Virus record (IMG/VR): IMGVR_UViG_3300037424_000723
Span: 1 to 64,000 of that record
Direction: 5' to 3' (one strand)
DNA: 64,000 nucleotides
Origin: a virus
Lineage: Duplodnaviria > Caudoviricetes
This document shows positions 1 to 8,716 of this stretch, piece after piece. Below the pieces are notes generated by a model. The model ran no database searches. It saw nothing but the letters and a program-made list of their open reading frames with translations, and had not been told where the DNA came from. Both the position numbers and the translations under genes were made by a program. Each line of letters opens with the position of its first letter. Within the stretch, counting starts at the first letter, position 1.

Positions 1-1337
1 TCCTCCCTTAAGTCTGCTTGGCTATCCTTATTGCCATCTAAGGCGCTTTGATAATCAGCAAACGCCTTTTGGGATTCAAGAATAGAGGCGTTAAAAGCGT
101 CTTGCCCTGCTGCCAAGTCAGTTGTCGAGTTAAGCGCCTCTGAGATAGCTACAATGCCGCTAGGTATGTCGCCTGTTGCAAATTCAGCCAATGCTTGAAG
201 TGATTTTAGGTAGGGTCTAATCCCCTCTTGTGCTGCCTTAAATGAGGCATTGGTTAAAGCGATAATTTGAGCCAGTGTTACCAGGGCATCGTCCAAATTA
301 GTCAGCAGGTTGTAAAAGAAGTCGCCCGCGTCATTTGTGCCAGCTACCGTACCGGCCAGCGCCAGGAATTGCCCCCCGGCCAACTGTAGGGCGTTGATAA
401 TGTTGAAAATGTAATCAGCTATATTTTGAAGCGTACCAACATCTAGCCCGCCAAAATCAAGGCCAGAAAACAGATCAATAACATCGGCAATAGCTCGCCC
501 GATAGTGTCAGCGAATACGATTAAATCATCTTGATTTGCCGATAGAAACTCATTTATCTTATTTGCCGCATCTTCCAGTGATTGCAAGATAGGAGTGCCG
601 ACTCTGCCGCCTAATTGCTCACCAGCAATACTGAGCCTAGAAAATGCCGTTTGAGCAGTATCAGCTAAATCCTCAAAACTTCTACCCCCCTTATCCAGTA
701 CCTGTTCAAAAGCACCCAAAAAGCCCTCAATACCTTCTTTATCAAAGGCATCTTTTAGAAGCTTTATATCATCTCTTGGTATCTCAAAGCGCCTATTGAG
801 GCTGGTAAATGTGCCGGATAGCGCTTCTATAAGGGCAATTCTAGCCCCGATAGCGCCCTGCTCCGGGTCACTTCTGGCTAGGGCTGTAGCGATTTTAGCC
901 ACGCGTTCAAATTGGGCTAGGCTCTCGGTTTTGGGAATAAACGCGCCGGCTACTTCTGATAAGTCAAAACCAAGCTCTTTACTCTTATCCTGTATAAAGG
1001 TAAATGCCTCATCTGCTGCCTCTTGTGAGCCATCAAAGATACCGCCTAGCCGGGCCTTAAGTGTATCTACTTCCAGCGCCGTTTGTACGCTCTGCTTACC
1101 AATATCAATTAAGGCAGTAATAGCCTGTTGCCCCAGGTTGATAAAGGCAGTAGTGACAGATGAGACAATGCCGGAGACTACTCCGATCTGTACACCGCTG
1201 GCACTGGCTGATTTACCCACCGCTTGAAAGTCACTTGATGCCTTTTTAGACAGTCCGTTAATACTGGCATCAATCCGCTTTAAGGCAGCTAATATTTGCT
1301 TGTCGTCAAGTTGGGCCGTGTAAATTAAATCAGGCAT
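1..1337 (-). CDS. Tape measure protein, N-terminal part (runs off the window)
   Basis: Hand translation MPDLIYTAQLDDKQILAALKRIDASINGLSKKASSDFQAVGK...; Ala/Gly-rich helical protein downstream of tail tube and chaperones; ATG overlaps the upstream stop. Confidence 0.85.
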   Translation of the reverse strand, partial: MPDLIYTAQLDDKQILAALKRIDASINGLSKKASSDFQAVGKSASASGVQIGVVSGIVSSVTTAFINLGQQAITALIDIGKQSVQTALEVDTLKARLGGIFDGSQEAADEAFTFIQDKSKELGFDLSEVAGAFIPKTESLAQFERVAKIATALARSDPEQGAIGARIALIEALSGTFTSLNRRFEIPRDDIKLLKDAFDKEGIEGFLGAFEQVLDKGGRSFEDLADTAQTAFSRLSIAGEQLGGRVGTPILQSLEDAANKINEFLSANQDDLIVFADTIGRAIADVIDLFSGLDFGGLDVGTLQNIADYIFNIINALQLAGGQFLALAGTVAGTNDAGDFFYNLLTNLDDALVTLAQIIALTNASFKAAQEGIRPYLKSLQALAEFATGDIPSGIVAISEALNSTTDLAAGQDAFNASILESQKAFADYQSALDGNKDSQADLRE

Positions 1338-1632
1338 ATAACTTAGCCAATTCCTCTAACTTCATTGCCTCCGCCAATAGTTCCCGTTTGCGTTCTATTG
1401 GAGCGGTTTTGGCCTCTCTCGTAATGCGCTTAAGTCGGTTGTGAATTTGCAATAGTGAATCCCGTTTTACCTGTGCCGCTATAAATTCACGCCTGATGCT
1501 ATCCTGCAAGGTGTTGTAATACCAGAGCAAGCCGCGTTGTTTGGTGGTAACGTGGTTTAAGCCCAGTGCGCTGTCGCGGCGATGTTGATAAAGGGCGAGT
1601 GAACCGATGAAATTAACGCTGCTTTTTTGCAC
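1330..1632 (-). CDS. Hypothetical tail-region protein (true start may be downstream)
   Basis: ORF coupled to neighbours on both sides; helical C-terminus. Confidence 0.6.
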   Translation of the reverse strand: MQKSSVNFIGSLALYQHRRDSALGLNHVTTKQRGLLWYYNTLQDSIRREFIAAQVKRDSLLQIHNRLKRITREAKTAPIERKRELLAEAMKLEELAKLYA

Positions 1633-2179
1633 CTAACCGCACCCCCCTATCAATCGCCTTAATAAATCTCGGTTGTAATTTCTTGTTTATTACCCGGCTA
1701 AAATAACGAGGCTTAAATCCAGGATGTTTAACCGACTTCCTAACTGTCACTTGCCCACCGCTAACGGAGCCAGGCCCACCGCTTTTACCTATTGGGCGCG
1801 TCTTGGGACTATAGGAGCCGGGCCCACCCCACAAAAAGCGCAATGGTTTAGCGTTAGCCTTTTTTGGTATGTCGTGAGCTACGGTTCCTTTACTATCTAA
1901 AGCTCTCCACAATTCCCCTACTGTCCAGTCGCTATTTTCAAGCTTGGTGTCTGAATTTTCAACCACTACAGATAGTGTTATTTGGGCCTGAGTTGCGCTT
2001 ACCCGATAGCCAAATTCTATGTCGGTCTCAAAGTCGGCAACTACCTTTTTGCGTTCTTCAACGTGCAATCTTCCAACCGCTGCCACTTCACGCTTAATCT
2101 GATCCTGAATAAATTTGAATTGTACCGCCGCCGGGGGAGGCCGTTTAATGATACGGATAGAACCGACATTACTTGCCAC
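1613..2179 (-). CDS. Putative tail-completion/neck protein (HK97 gp10-like)
   Basis: Basic 188 aa protein with TVAHDIP...VKHPGFKPRYF motif in the tail module. Confidence 0.5.
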   Translation of the reverse strand: MASNVGSIRIIKRPPPAAVQFKFIQDQIKREVAAVGRLHVEERKKVVADFETDIEFGYRVSATQAQITLSVVVENSDTKLENSDWTVGELWRALDSKGTVAHDIPKKANAKPLRFLWGGPGSYSPKTRPIGKSGGPGSVSGGQVTVRKSVKHPGFKPRYFSRVINKKLQPRFIKAIDRGVRLGAKKQR

Positions 2180-2424
2180 TTTTAGCCCTCATTTTCCTAA
2201 CTGCCTCCGCTGTCTCCAAGCTTTGCATCCATTCCCCTAGCTTGGAAGCGCATACTTTCCGGTAACGCTCTGCTATTGGCAATTCACACCACGCCGCCTC
2301 TGTCCACCCTAATTTATTGATCGTTTCTGTCTCCCATAACCGGATAGCCCACAATTTGCCGTGCCCGTCGCCTGATGTCATCAGGGCATCAAGTATCTCA
2401 AGTTTGCCGAATGTAGCCCTGAAA
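2169..2424 (-). CDS. Tail assembly chaperone frameshift extension (gpT-like)
   Basis: Open +1 frame overlapping the end of the 160 aa ORF with no evident RBS of its own; WxxLPxxER-type sequence. Confidence 0.65.
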
Positions 2425-2880
2425 GGTAGTGCGGAGACAAGCCGCGACTCCCTCCTCGGTAAGTTGAGGCACAAGCGCCGCCAATTGCACCTTGTCCCAA
2501 TCCTCTACCGCGACAACTCGGTTGGCATCGTCAGGTAATAAGCAGTGAGCTAAAATGTATTGCGCTATGTCGCTGACATACCCTTCATAGCTCTCAATGC
2601 GTAGCTTTTCGTGGGCCAGTGCCGCCGTGTAAGTGTCAAAATCCTGTAATTGATACCACTCAGGTGAGTTGGATTGAATTAGCTCAATAGGCATATCCGG
2701 CTTAGTGGGGGTGTAATCCAGCGCCCGTATGTCATATTCGTCATCAACTATCTGTCCAGTAGCTAGCAGAAGAGAGTACCTATAAATTCCCAAAACTTCA
2801 CGACCAACATTGTCCAACTCAAACAAGCCAAGTCTACGCACTTCGCAAGGTAAATTATCAGATAGGATTACTGTAGGCAT
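2398..2880 (-). CDS. Tail assembly chaperone (gpG-like)
   Basis: Acidic 160 aa ORF between tail tube and tape measure, overlapped by a second-frame ORF. Confidence 0.7.
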   Translation of the reverse strand: MPTVILSDNLPCEVRRLGLFELDNVGREVLGIYRYSLLLATGQIVDDEYDIRALDYTPTKPDMPIELIQSNSPEWYQLQDFDTYTAALAHEKLRIESYEGYVSDIAQYILAHCLLPDDANRVVAVEDWDKVQLAALVPQLTEEGVAACLRTTFQGYIRQT

Positions 2881-2908
2881 TGACTTAAAACCCGAAATAG
2901 CTTATAAT
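2880..2908 (+). promoter_or_regulatory. Sigma70-type promoter of the HNH gene
   Basis: TTGACT-17-TATAAT; the -35 overlaps the start codon of the divergent chaperone gene. Confidence 0.8.
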
Positions 2909-2913
2909 AGGAG

Positions 2914-3022
2914 TGTCACCCAAACTAATAATCACTTATTTTATCCTGCTATCATTTTGATAGATGCCCCGGTATCATTGTTTGGGTGACAACAAACAGT
3001 GAGCGATACCGGGGCATTTTTA
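2914..3022 (+). promoter_or_regulatory. Structured leader/attenuator 1
   Basis: 12-bp IR 2914-2925/2980-2991 interleaved with 13-bp IR 2964-2976/3005-3017, followed by TTTTT. Confidence 0.7.
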
Positions 3023-3035
3023 TTGGAGTAAAACA

Positions 3036-3605
3036 ATGTCTATAAACCTGCCTCGTTGTCTTGATTGTGGAAAAGAACTAAAACATTATAGAAGTAAAAG
3101 ATGTAGATCATGTTCGAGGAAGATACCACTCGATATTAGATTTTGGAGTAAGGTTAATAAAGACGGGCCAATAGTCAGTTATGTTGGTACACCTTGTTGG
3201 ATATGGATAGGCCGATGCCTCAAGGGTAAGCATAAATATGGATACTTTGATCTATGTAAAATAGATAATCGCAACATTCAAATCTATGCCCATAGATTGA
3301 GTTGGGAAATTTCAAATAACCAAACTATTCCTGCGGGCTTATACGTTCTTCATCGTTGTGACAACCCATCTTGCGTTAATCCTAGTCATCTGTTTTTAGG
3401 GACATACAAAGATAACTCGGATGACATGACGCGTAAGGGTAGAGCCGTACATGTACGAGGCGAAAAGCATGGATGTGCAAAACTAACACAAATTCAAGTG
3501 GATGAAATTAGAAGATCATGCGATACTCCAGTACAACTTGCTGAAAAATATGGTGTAATCCCTGATACAATTCATAGAATTATCAAGTATAAGTCTTGGA
3601 AGTAA
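3036..3605 (+). CDS. HNH homing endonuclease (HNH_3 with C-terminal HTH), antisense to the tail operon
   Basis: RFWSKV...CWIW...AHRLSW...VLHRCDNPSCVNPSHLFLGTYKDN...GEKHGCAKLT. Confidence 0.95.
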   Translation: MSINLPRCLDCGKELKHYRSKRCRSCSRKIPLDIRFWSKVNKDGPIVSYVGTPCWIWIGRCLKGKHKYGYFDLCKIDNRNIQIYAHRLSWEISNNQTIPAGLYVLHRCDNPSCVNPSHLFLGTYKDNSDDMTRKGRAVHVRGEKHGCAKLTQIQVDEIRRSCDTPVQLAEKYGVIPDTIHRIIKYKSWK

Positions 3606-3606
3606 A

Positions 3607-5109
3607 TTAAGCTGCCTTACTTTGTAAACGATGAAGCACGCCACCGTCTCCACCAATTATCGCTAGATTTGCGTCTACGGGCGAGAAGTAGCCGAAATTA
3701 TAACCTGAGTTTGTTACCGCTGTAACCTGTAGCCAAGTTATGCCGCCGTCAACACTCTCCCAAACAGCGCCAACTCCCCCGGTTGTGTCATCAACTACCG
3801 CACGTAGTAATTGGCTATCGCCCCCACCGGCCTTAGTGCCACCGGCGCAATTGATAACCACCACACTCTTGTTTGCCCCAAAATCCTTAAGCAAAGTCCA
3901 GCCACCGGCGTTCTGCCCCGCGTTGTCACTCAGGTAGATAGCAGTACCATTCCCGGCATAGATGCGTCCATCGTTACCCACCACCACTGATGTAAACGCC
4001 CCGCCCCCACTTGGCCCAACTTTAACGTCAAATGTGTCACTCTGCCCAAGTTCCTGCAAGATGAGGTTAGAAGCCCCCACTGCCCAAACGCTATCATCAA
4101 CAGGGGAACGGGCAAAGGCGTTGATGGCAACCGAGCCGGTATAGATAGCAGAGCTAAAGCTCTCATTCTGATTTGTGCTTACGTAAATGTCACCATCAAC
4201 CGCGATATAAGCCCGGTTGTAAAAGGCCCAATTATAGGCCGTAACCGCCGCCGCCCCAATCGTAACCGCCGCAGACCAGCTAGAAGTACCCTCTGCGCCC
4301 AGTGTAAAGTCACCATATTTAAGCTGGGCCGTTGCTGCATCGCTGACCACCACTACCCTGAATTGGCTCTCGTTGATAAAGTACATCGCCACAAAGAGAA
4401 TGTCAGCCAATGCCGCAAAGGGATTTGTTGAGGTGATAGCCCAAGCGCCGCCGCCAGTAGTCGTATACCAGACATTAGCAAAATCACCGGGGGAGCCACT
4501 ATTGCTATTTACTGCTAAATAGCCAATCTCGTCAGGCGCATAGCCGGGGAAACAGTCATTACAACCGACTACTAAATCACTCAAAAAGGCAATGCCGTTA
4601 ATGGCCTGATCTTCGGCAATGGTGAGGGCCGATAAAAGGTGTTGATACAAAACCACCGTGTAAGTCCAGCTTACCTCGTAAGTGTCAAACTGGTTTACCC
4701 CGGTTGCCTCTCGACTTGGGCCGGCCCCGTCCGTTTCCTGAGTAATGGTCATCTTGCCATATTGTTTAACCCGTGTCCATGCCGGGCCATCTTTGCGCCC
4801 GCATTTGTACCAACGCTCCTGTAACGGAAAACAGCCCGTCCGGTCAAACATCTTTTTGAGGAAAGTAAATTGCCCTGTATCATCTTCCTCTACGGTTGAC
4901 GTATTCAACCCACCAGGGGGTGATAAAAAGGTGAGCTTGGGTACAAACCGACCAAATTCATCAGTCCCCCAAACCACCTCCCTACCCGCACCCGGCATTG
5001 TTTTACCAGCCATCCCGTTTTTATCAATTGACAACGGTTTAGCCGCCGTGTTAGGGCCATCGGGCTGCGCCCAGAGAATTACTTTATCTTGCGTTACAAA
5101 TTGAACCAT
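3607..5109 (-). CDS. Major tail (tube) protein with C-terminal Asp-box/BNR propeller-like region
   Basis: Position upstream of the chaperones; C-terminal repeats YTTTGGGAW, LSDNAGQNAGGW, ESVDGGITW. Confidence 0.65.
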   Translation of the reverse strand: MVQFVTQDKVILWAQPDGPNTAAKPLSIDKNGMAGKTMPGAGREVVWGTDEFGRFVPKLTFLSPPGGLNTSTVEEDDTGQFTFLKKMFDRTGCFPLQERWYKCGRKDGPAWTRVKQYGKMTITQETDGAGPSREATGVNQFDTYEVSWTYTVVLYQHLLSALTIAEDQAINGIAFLSDLVVGCNDCFPGYAPDEIGYLAVNSNSGSPGDFANVWYTTTGGGAWAITSTNPFAALADILFVAMYFINESQFRVVVVSDAATAQLKYGDFTLGAEGTSSWSAAVTIGAAAVTAYNWAFYNRAYIAVDGDIYVSTNQNESFSSAIYTGSVAINAFARSPVDDSVWAVGASNLILQELGQSDTFDVKVGPSGGGAFTSVVVGNDGRIYAGNGTAIYLSDNAGQNAGGWTLLKDFGANKSVVVINCAGGTKAGGGDSQLLRAVVDDTTGGVGAVWESVDGGITWLQVTAVTNSGYNFGYFSPVDANLAIIGGDGGVLHRLQSKAA

Positions 5110-5384
5110 TATTCAGTCTCCTGTTGATAAAGGGCAAATATCTTTTTGCCCACTTTTGCCAATATAATTTTATTAAAATCAGCTTGCCTGATTTGCACAT
5201 CGGCGATGGTCAGTAACCCTGCTTCGAGTAAAGCATTGTGAATATTTCGAGCTATCTCGTTCCAGTCCAGTTGAGTGAAGTCAGGGGGTGATTGCAACAG
5301 CCCAATAGCCGGGTCGGTATCACCATCCCGTAAAAGGGATTTATGGTTATAGCCATTTCGGTCGGTAAAGGTTACGAGTTTCAT
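5109..5384 (-). CDS. Hypothetical protein
   Basis: Coupled 91 aa ORF in the structural operon. Confidence 0.65.
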   Translation of the reverse strand: MKLVTFTDRNGYNHKSLLRDGDTDPAIGLLQSPPDFTQLDWNEIARNIHNALLEAGLLTIADVQIRQADFNKIILAKVGKKIFALYQQETE

Positions 5385-6661
5385 CTAAGCTCCCTATGGT
5401 TTATGGTTGCTCTGGTTGCCGATGTGCCACCTATTCCGGTAACTAACAGGGTAAGTGTCCCTAAACTACGTACCGCCCCGGCTACATTGAGTGTAATCGG
5501 ATAACGATTATTAAATTCACGGTTGACCGAAACAGATACAACCGCAGTTGCTGCAACATAACCTGCGGCAATGACAATAGCCGGGTTGCCTGAGATTGTG
5601 CCTGCCGTGTTATATTCAAAGGCACTGTAAGTAGTATTGACATCGTTAAATGTTACCGTGCCACTGATGGCCTGCCCTAAACACAACTCCCACAACACCG
5701 GGACGTTGCCGGTTACTAGAATTTCAATGCTCTCAACATCAAACTTTTCGCGGTTGGCAATACTATTAAAGGTAGTTTTGGGCCTGACACTCAGAATATG
5801 AGTTCTGGCCCCACTCCCCGCTGTTACCGTGCCTTCGGATGAAAATGTAAAACCGTTGTTAGTATTACTACCGCCCTCGCTTCTAACTGTTGCACAGATA
5901 AGATACATCGTGGTGCTAACTGTATCCGTGCAAGTCATTCCACAAATGATAGGTAATGAAGCTGTTTGCAGGTAGGGAAAATCTGCTTCATTAGCATGTA
6001 GAAATTCGTGACAATAAATCGTTACCCCGCCTATATTAAAGCCAACTCTGACCCGGCCCGTGTAAAGCGCTTGAAGGTCAATGACCAATATTTGGGTTTT
6101 GGTAATATCAAGAATAATACCACTTAGACCTGCTCCGTTTAGCTTGTCCAAATTCCAATCAACTTGCAAAGCTGTTTCATCACCCTCACTGGTATTACTC
6201 AGGATGCGCCAGGCGAGATTAGTCCCATCGCTGATAAAATGAATCCCGTTATTGCTCAGATCACCATAGCCCGCAAACTTGGTAACATTAGCGGTGTGTT
6301 CAATAAAGTTGGTAGTAATCAGTATTTGCTGACTATTGCCGGGCTGATAGTAAAAATGCTCATATGTTTGCATATACGCCTGGCCCCCCGTCGGCGTATT
6401 GCTAAAGGTCATCAAAGCGGCCCGTTCTACTGAGCTATGGGCAATAGTCGCTCCCGCTTCAGCTGTGATTTGCTGATACAGAAGTGGTTGCAAGTCATAG
6501 GTCAATTGAGCGTCAAAACGTGATTCCGGCTGGCTGACTCGTACTCGACCAAAGGCGTCAATTGAGGGACTATCTATCAAAAACGCCGTGACGGGTAGGG
6601 GATTGCTTTCCTGTATTGCTCTGGCCAGAGCATCAGCAATAACGACTTGGTTTACTGGCAT
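5381..6661 (-). CDS. Beta-rich putative virion protein (DAFGRxRVS family)
   Basis: 426 aa; SIDAFGRVRVSQP motif seen in phage structural hypotheticals. Confidence 0.6.
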   Translation of the reverse strand: MPVNQVVIADALARAIQESNPLPVTAFLIDSPSIDAFGRVRVSQPESRFDAQLTYDLQPLLYQQITAEAGATIAHSSVERAALMTFSNTPTGGQAYMQTYEHFYYQPGNSQQILITTNFIEHTANVTKFAGYGDLSNNGIHFISDGTNLAWRILSNTSEGDETALQVDWNLDKLNGAGLSGIILDITKTQILVIDLQALYTGRVRVGFNIGGVTIYCHEFLHANEADFPYLQTASLPIICGMTCTDTVSTTMYLICATVRSEGGSNTNNGFTFSSEGTVTAGSGARTHILSVRPKTTFNSIANREKFDVESIEILVTGNVPVLWELCLGQAISGTVTFNDVNTTYSAFEYNTAGTISGNPAIVIAAGYVAATAVVSVSVNREFNNRYPITLNVAGAVRSLGTLTLLVTGIGGTSATRATINHRELR

Positions 6662-7974
6662 TAAGCCACCGCCCCCATCATGGTGCTACTTGTCATGCGT
6701 CCGACTTGTTTCCAGGCGCGAATCTCGCCTATCTTTGTGCCAAAAGGATTCTCTAAATCCTGCTGACTAATCGCAAACGTACCTAATTCCCGACTACCCG
6801 TAAATGAGGCATCACGTTGTAAACTGTTTGGGCCGGGAAATGCTAGTGAATTGTTGCAGGCACAAAATGGTCGGTTTACCCGTGCCGTTGCCAACCAAGC
6901 AATAGCCTGAGCTAAGTTCCTGTCTAATGGGTCACAATTGCGCCCTGCCTTGAAGTCCTGAGAGGTGTTCCCGGCATAGTACCAGACCTTAACCATATCA
7001 GGGTCGCGGCAAAGAGATGTATAATCCGCCTGCCATTGGCCCGCGTCACTGTCGTATGTAGCCGGGGTTGGCACTACGAAAGTACCCTCTGCATTTTGAA
7101 CGTGGATACAACCGTCAACCGCGTAAAGCTCACAAGCTATACAACCGCTACCCCCACAACTTGAACAGCACCAGCCGACAGGCACAATGCCCAAATTAAA
7201 AGCGTTGACCCGTTCCCAAAGTAGCTGAGATGAAACCGCTGTAAAGTCGTTGTATTCCCGATATACGTCAACCACGCTTACATAACTAGCATTAGCTTCT
7301 ATGTCTATCGGTTCACTCTGGCCGGTAACGGTAAAGCGCTGTTGTAACTCTGGGTCAATAAGCTGCCAACTCCAAAAGGTAAAAATGACGTTACCACCGG
7401 TCAAGGTGATACTTCTGGGTGTGCGTACTTCCCAATCAGGATTAGCCAATTCACCGGCAAAGTAGCAATGTATCTCACATTTATCGGTTGACGCTGTAGG
7501 GGTTGTAATCGTAGCCGTTTCTTTATAGCCATCGCCGTCTGTATCTGTTCGCACTACTGCGGCATTAGCAGTAATCAGGGTTGTGGCCCGCTGTCCGCCT
7601 TGCAGGAAACCACCACGTGTTAATTGGACGCTCTTATTGGCCCCTCGGTTATCCGACATGCCAAACTCAAAAACATCACGCCGATAGTAACGTGGGTAGT
7701 TGTAAACGTCCTCCCACCACCAGGGGGCAACAGGTAAACCGATTACCTTAGCTATGTCGTTTTCGGCCTCGACAATGGCCTGAGCTATTTCCTCTCTGCT
7801 AACCTGCTGCTCATTCTGCCAGTAGAATTGATAGAAAATATCATCACACTGATTTACGAGGGGAAACACGGTTTGCCCTGCTGCTTGCCAATAAAAAGCG
7901 GGGCTAAAACTCAGGAGAGTACGATAGCGCTCCATACTCAGGGCCGTGCGAGGTAGGCCGGTTACAGCGTCCAT
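6661..7974 (-). CDS. Putative head-tail adaptor protein
   Basis: EAENDIAKVIGLPVAP...AQAIAWLA pattern and position; start taken at ATG 7974. Confidence 0.55.
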   Translation of the reverse strand: MDAVTGLPRTALSMERYRTLLSFSPAFYWQAAGQTVFPLVNQCDDIFYQFYWQNEQQVSREEIAQAIVEAENDIAKVIGLPVAPWWWEDVYNYPRYYRRDVFEFGMSDNRGANKSVQLTRGGFLQGGQRATTLITANAAVVRTDTDGDGYKETATITTPTASTDKCEIHCYFAGELANPDWEVRTPRSITLTGGNVIFTFWSWQLIDPELQQRFTVTGQSEPIDIEANASYVSVVDVYREYNDFTAVSSQLLWERVNAFNLGIVPVGWCCSSCGGSGCIACELYAVDGCIHVQNAEGTFVVPTPATYDSDAGQWQADYTSLCRDPDMVKVWYYAGNTSQDFKAGRNCDPLDRNLAQAIAWLATARVNRPFCACNNSLAFPGPNSLQRDASFTGSRELGTFAISQQDLENPFGTKIGEIRAWKQVGRMTSSTMMGAVA

Positions 7975-8345
7975 TCGGCCTCTATCTTGCAAGTAAATTC
8001 AATAAAAAATGTCGTTATTTCAGCATCAGGATATAATAGCATGGGTTGAGGCATCCATTTTCTATTGGGTTTACAGTCCTTAAATGTGGCAACATGGCTG
8101 GCATCTCGAAGATCATCCAAACGTCCAAAATCTTTATTGTAAAACCCAAGATTAAACACTTCACTTTCAAGGCGTTTGATTAGATTGTTCTGTACTGGTA
8201 AATCAAACTCTAAAATTATCCTGTCTGGATTACCCCAAATAACGCGCCATAATCCAACCTTGCCAATGGGCAATACCTCTCTATCGTTAATCCATAAAAC
8301 AGATTTCATTTTATTAAATACCATCGGCTTAATCATTGTGTCCAT
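7962..8345 (-). CDS. Hypothetical AT-rich inserted gene
   Basis: 127 aa ORF coupled at both ends. Confidence 0.6.
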   Translation of the reverse strand: MDTMIKPMVFNKMKSVLWINDREVLPIGKVGLWRVIWGNPDRIILEFDLPVQNNLIKRLESEVFNLGFYNKDFGRLDDLRDASHVATFKDCKPNRKWMPQPMLLYPDAEITTFFIEFTCKIEAEWTL

Positions 8346-8638
8346 TTATTCACCACGATTGCACCGGCTGACAGGGCAAACGGTAGACAAACCCAGTAGG
8401 TTAAGTTAGGTTGGAAGTAGTAGGCGATTGCCAAGATAGCTCCTATCCACACTGAAAAACAAAAAACGCAACTAAACAAATCCCCAAATACATTAAGGCC
8501 ATAAGGTACATCTCTGTCGTTATAGCGCACTCCTACCCAGTACCGGAAGCGATTAAACCAATCAAATGGCCCATCCTCATTAACCAGTAGTGAGGATATG
8601 CGCCAGGTTGCCAGGGTTAGGATGATTAGATTTTGCAT
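8333..8638 (-). CDS. DUF1360-like membrane protein
   Basis: LATWRISSLLVNEDGPF...FSCVFCFSVW. Confidence 0.8.
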   Translation of the reverse strand: MQNLIILTLATWRISSLLVNEDGPFDWFNRFRYWVGVRYNDRDVPYGLNVFGDLFSCVFCFSVWIGAILAIAYYFQPNLTYWVCLPFALSAGAIVVNKWTQ

Positions 8639-8644
8639 ATAAAT

Positions 8645-8679
8645 AAAAAAAGCGGCTAAGTTTACAAGTCTTAGCCACT
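8645..8679 (-). terminator. Intrinsic terminator after the glycan cluster
   Basis: AGTGGCTAAG/CTTAGCCGCT stem followed by a T-run on the minus strand. Confidence 0.75.
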
Positions 8680-8716
8680 TGGGATAAATGATGTATTAAG
8701 TTATGTTATGTCGTTT

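Noticed and set aside
796-1227. 143-aa plus-strand ORF and similar shadow ORFs (e.g. 1864, 3740, 24057, 25817, 49344, 50472, 52636, 62978)
   Set aside because: They lie opposite or within well-supported genes, lack an RBS and have no recognisable motifs
2881-3606. Group I/II intron around the antisense HNH genes
   Set aside because: No P7/R-S or domain V motifs were found and the flanking genes are complete without splicing
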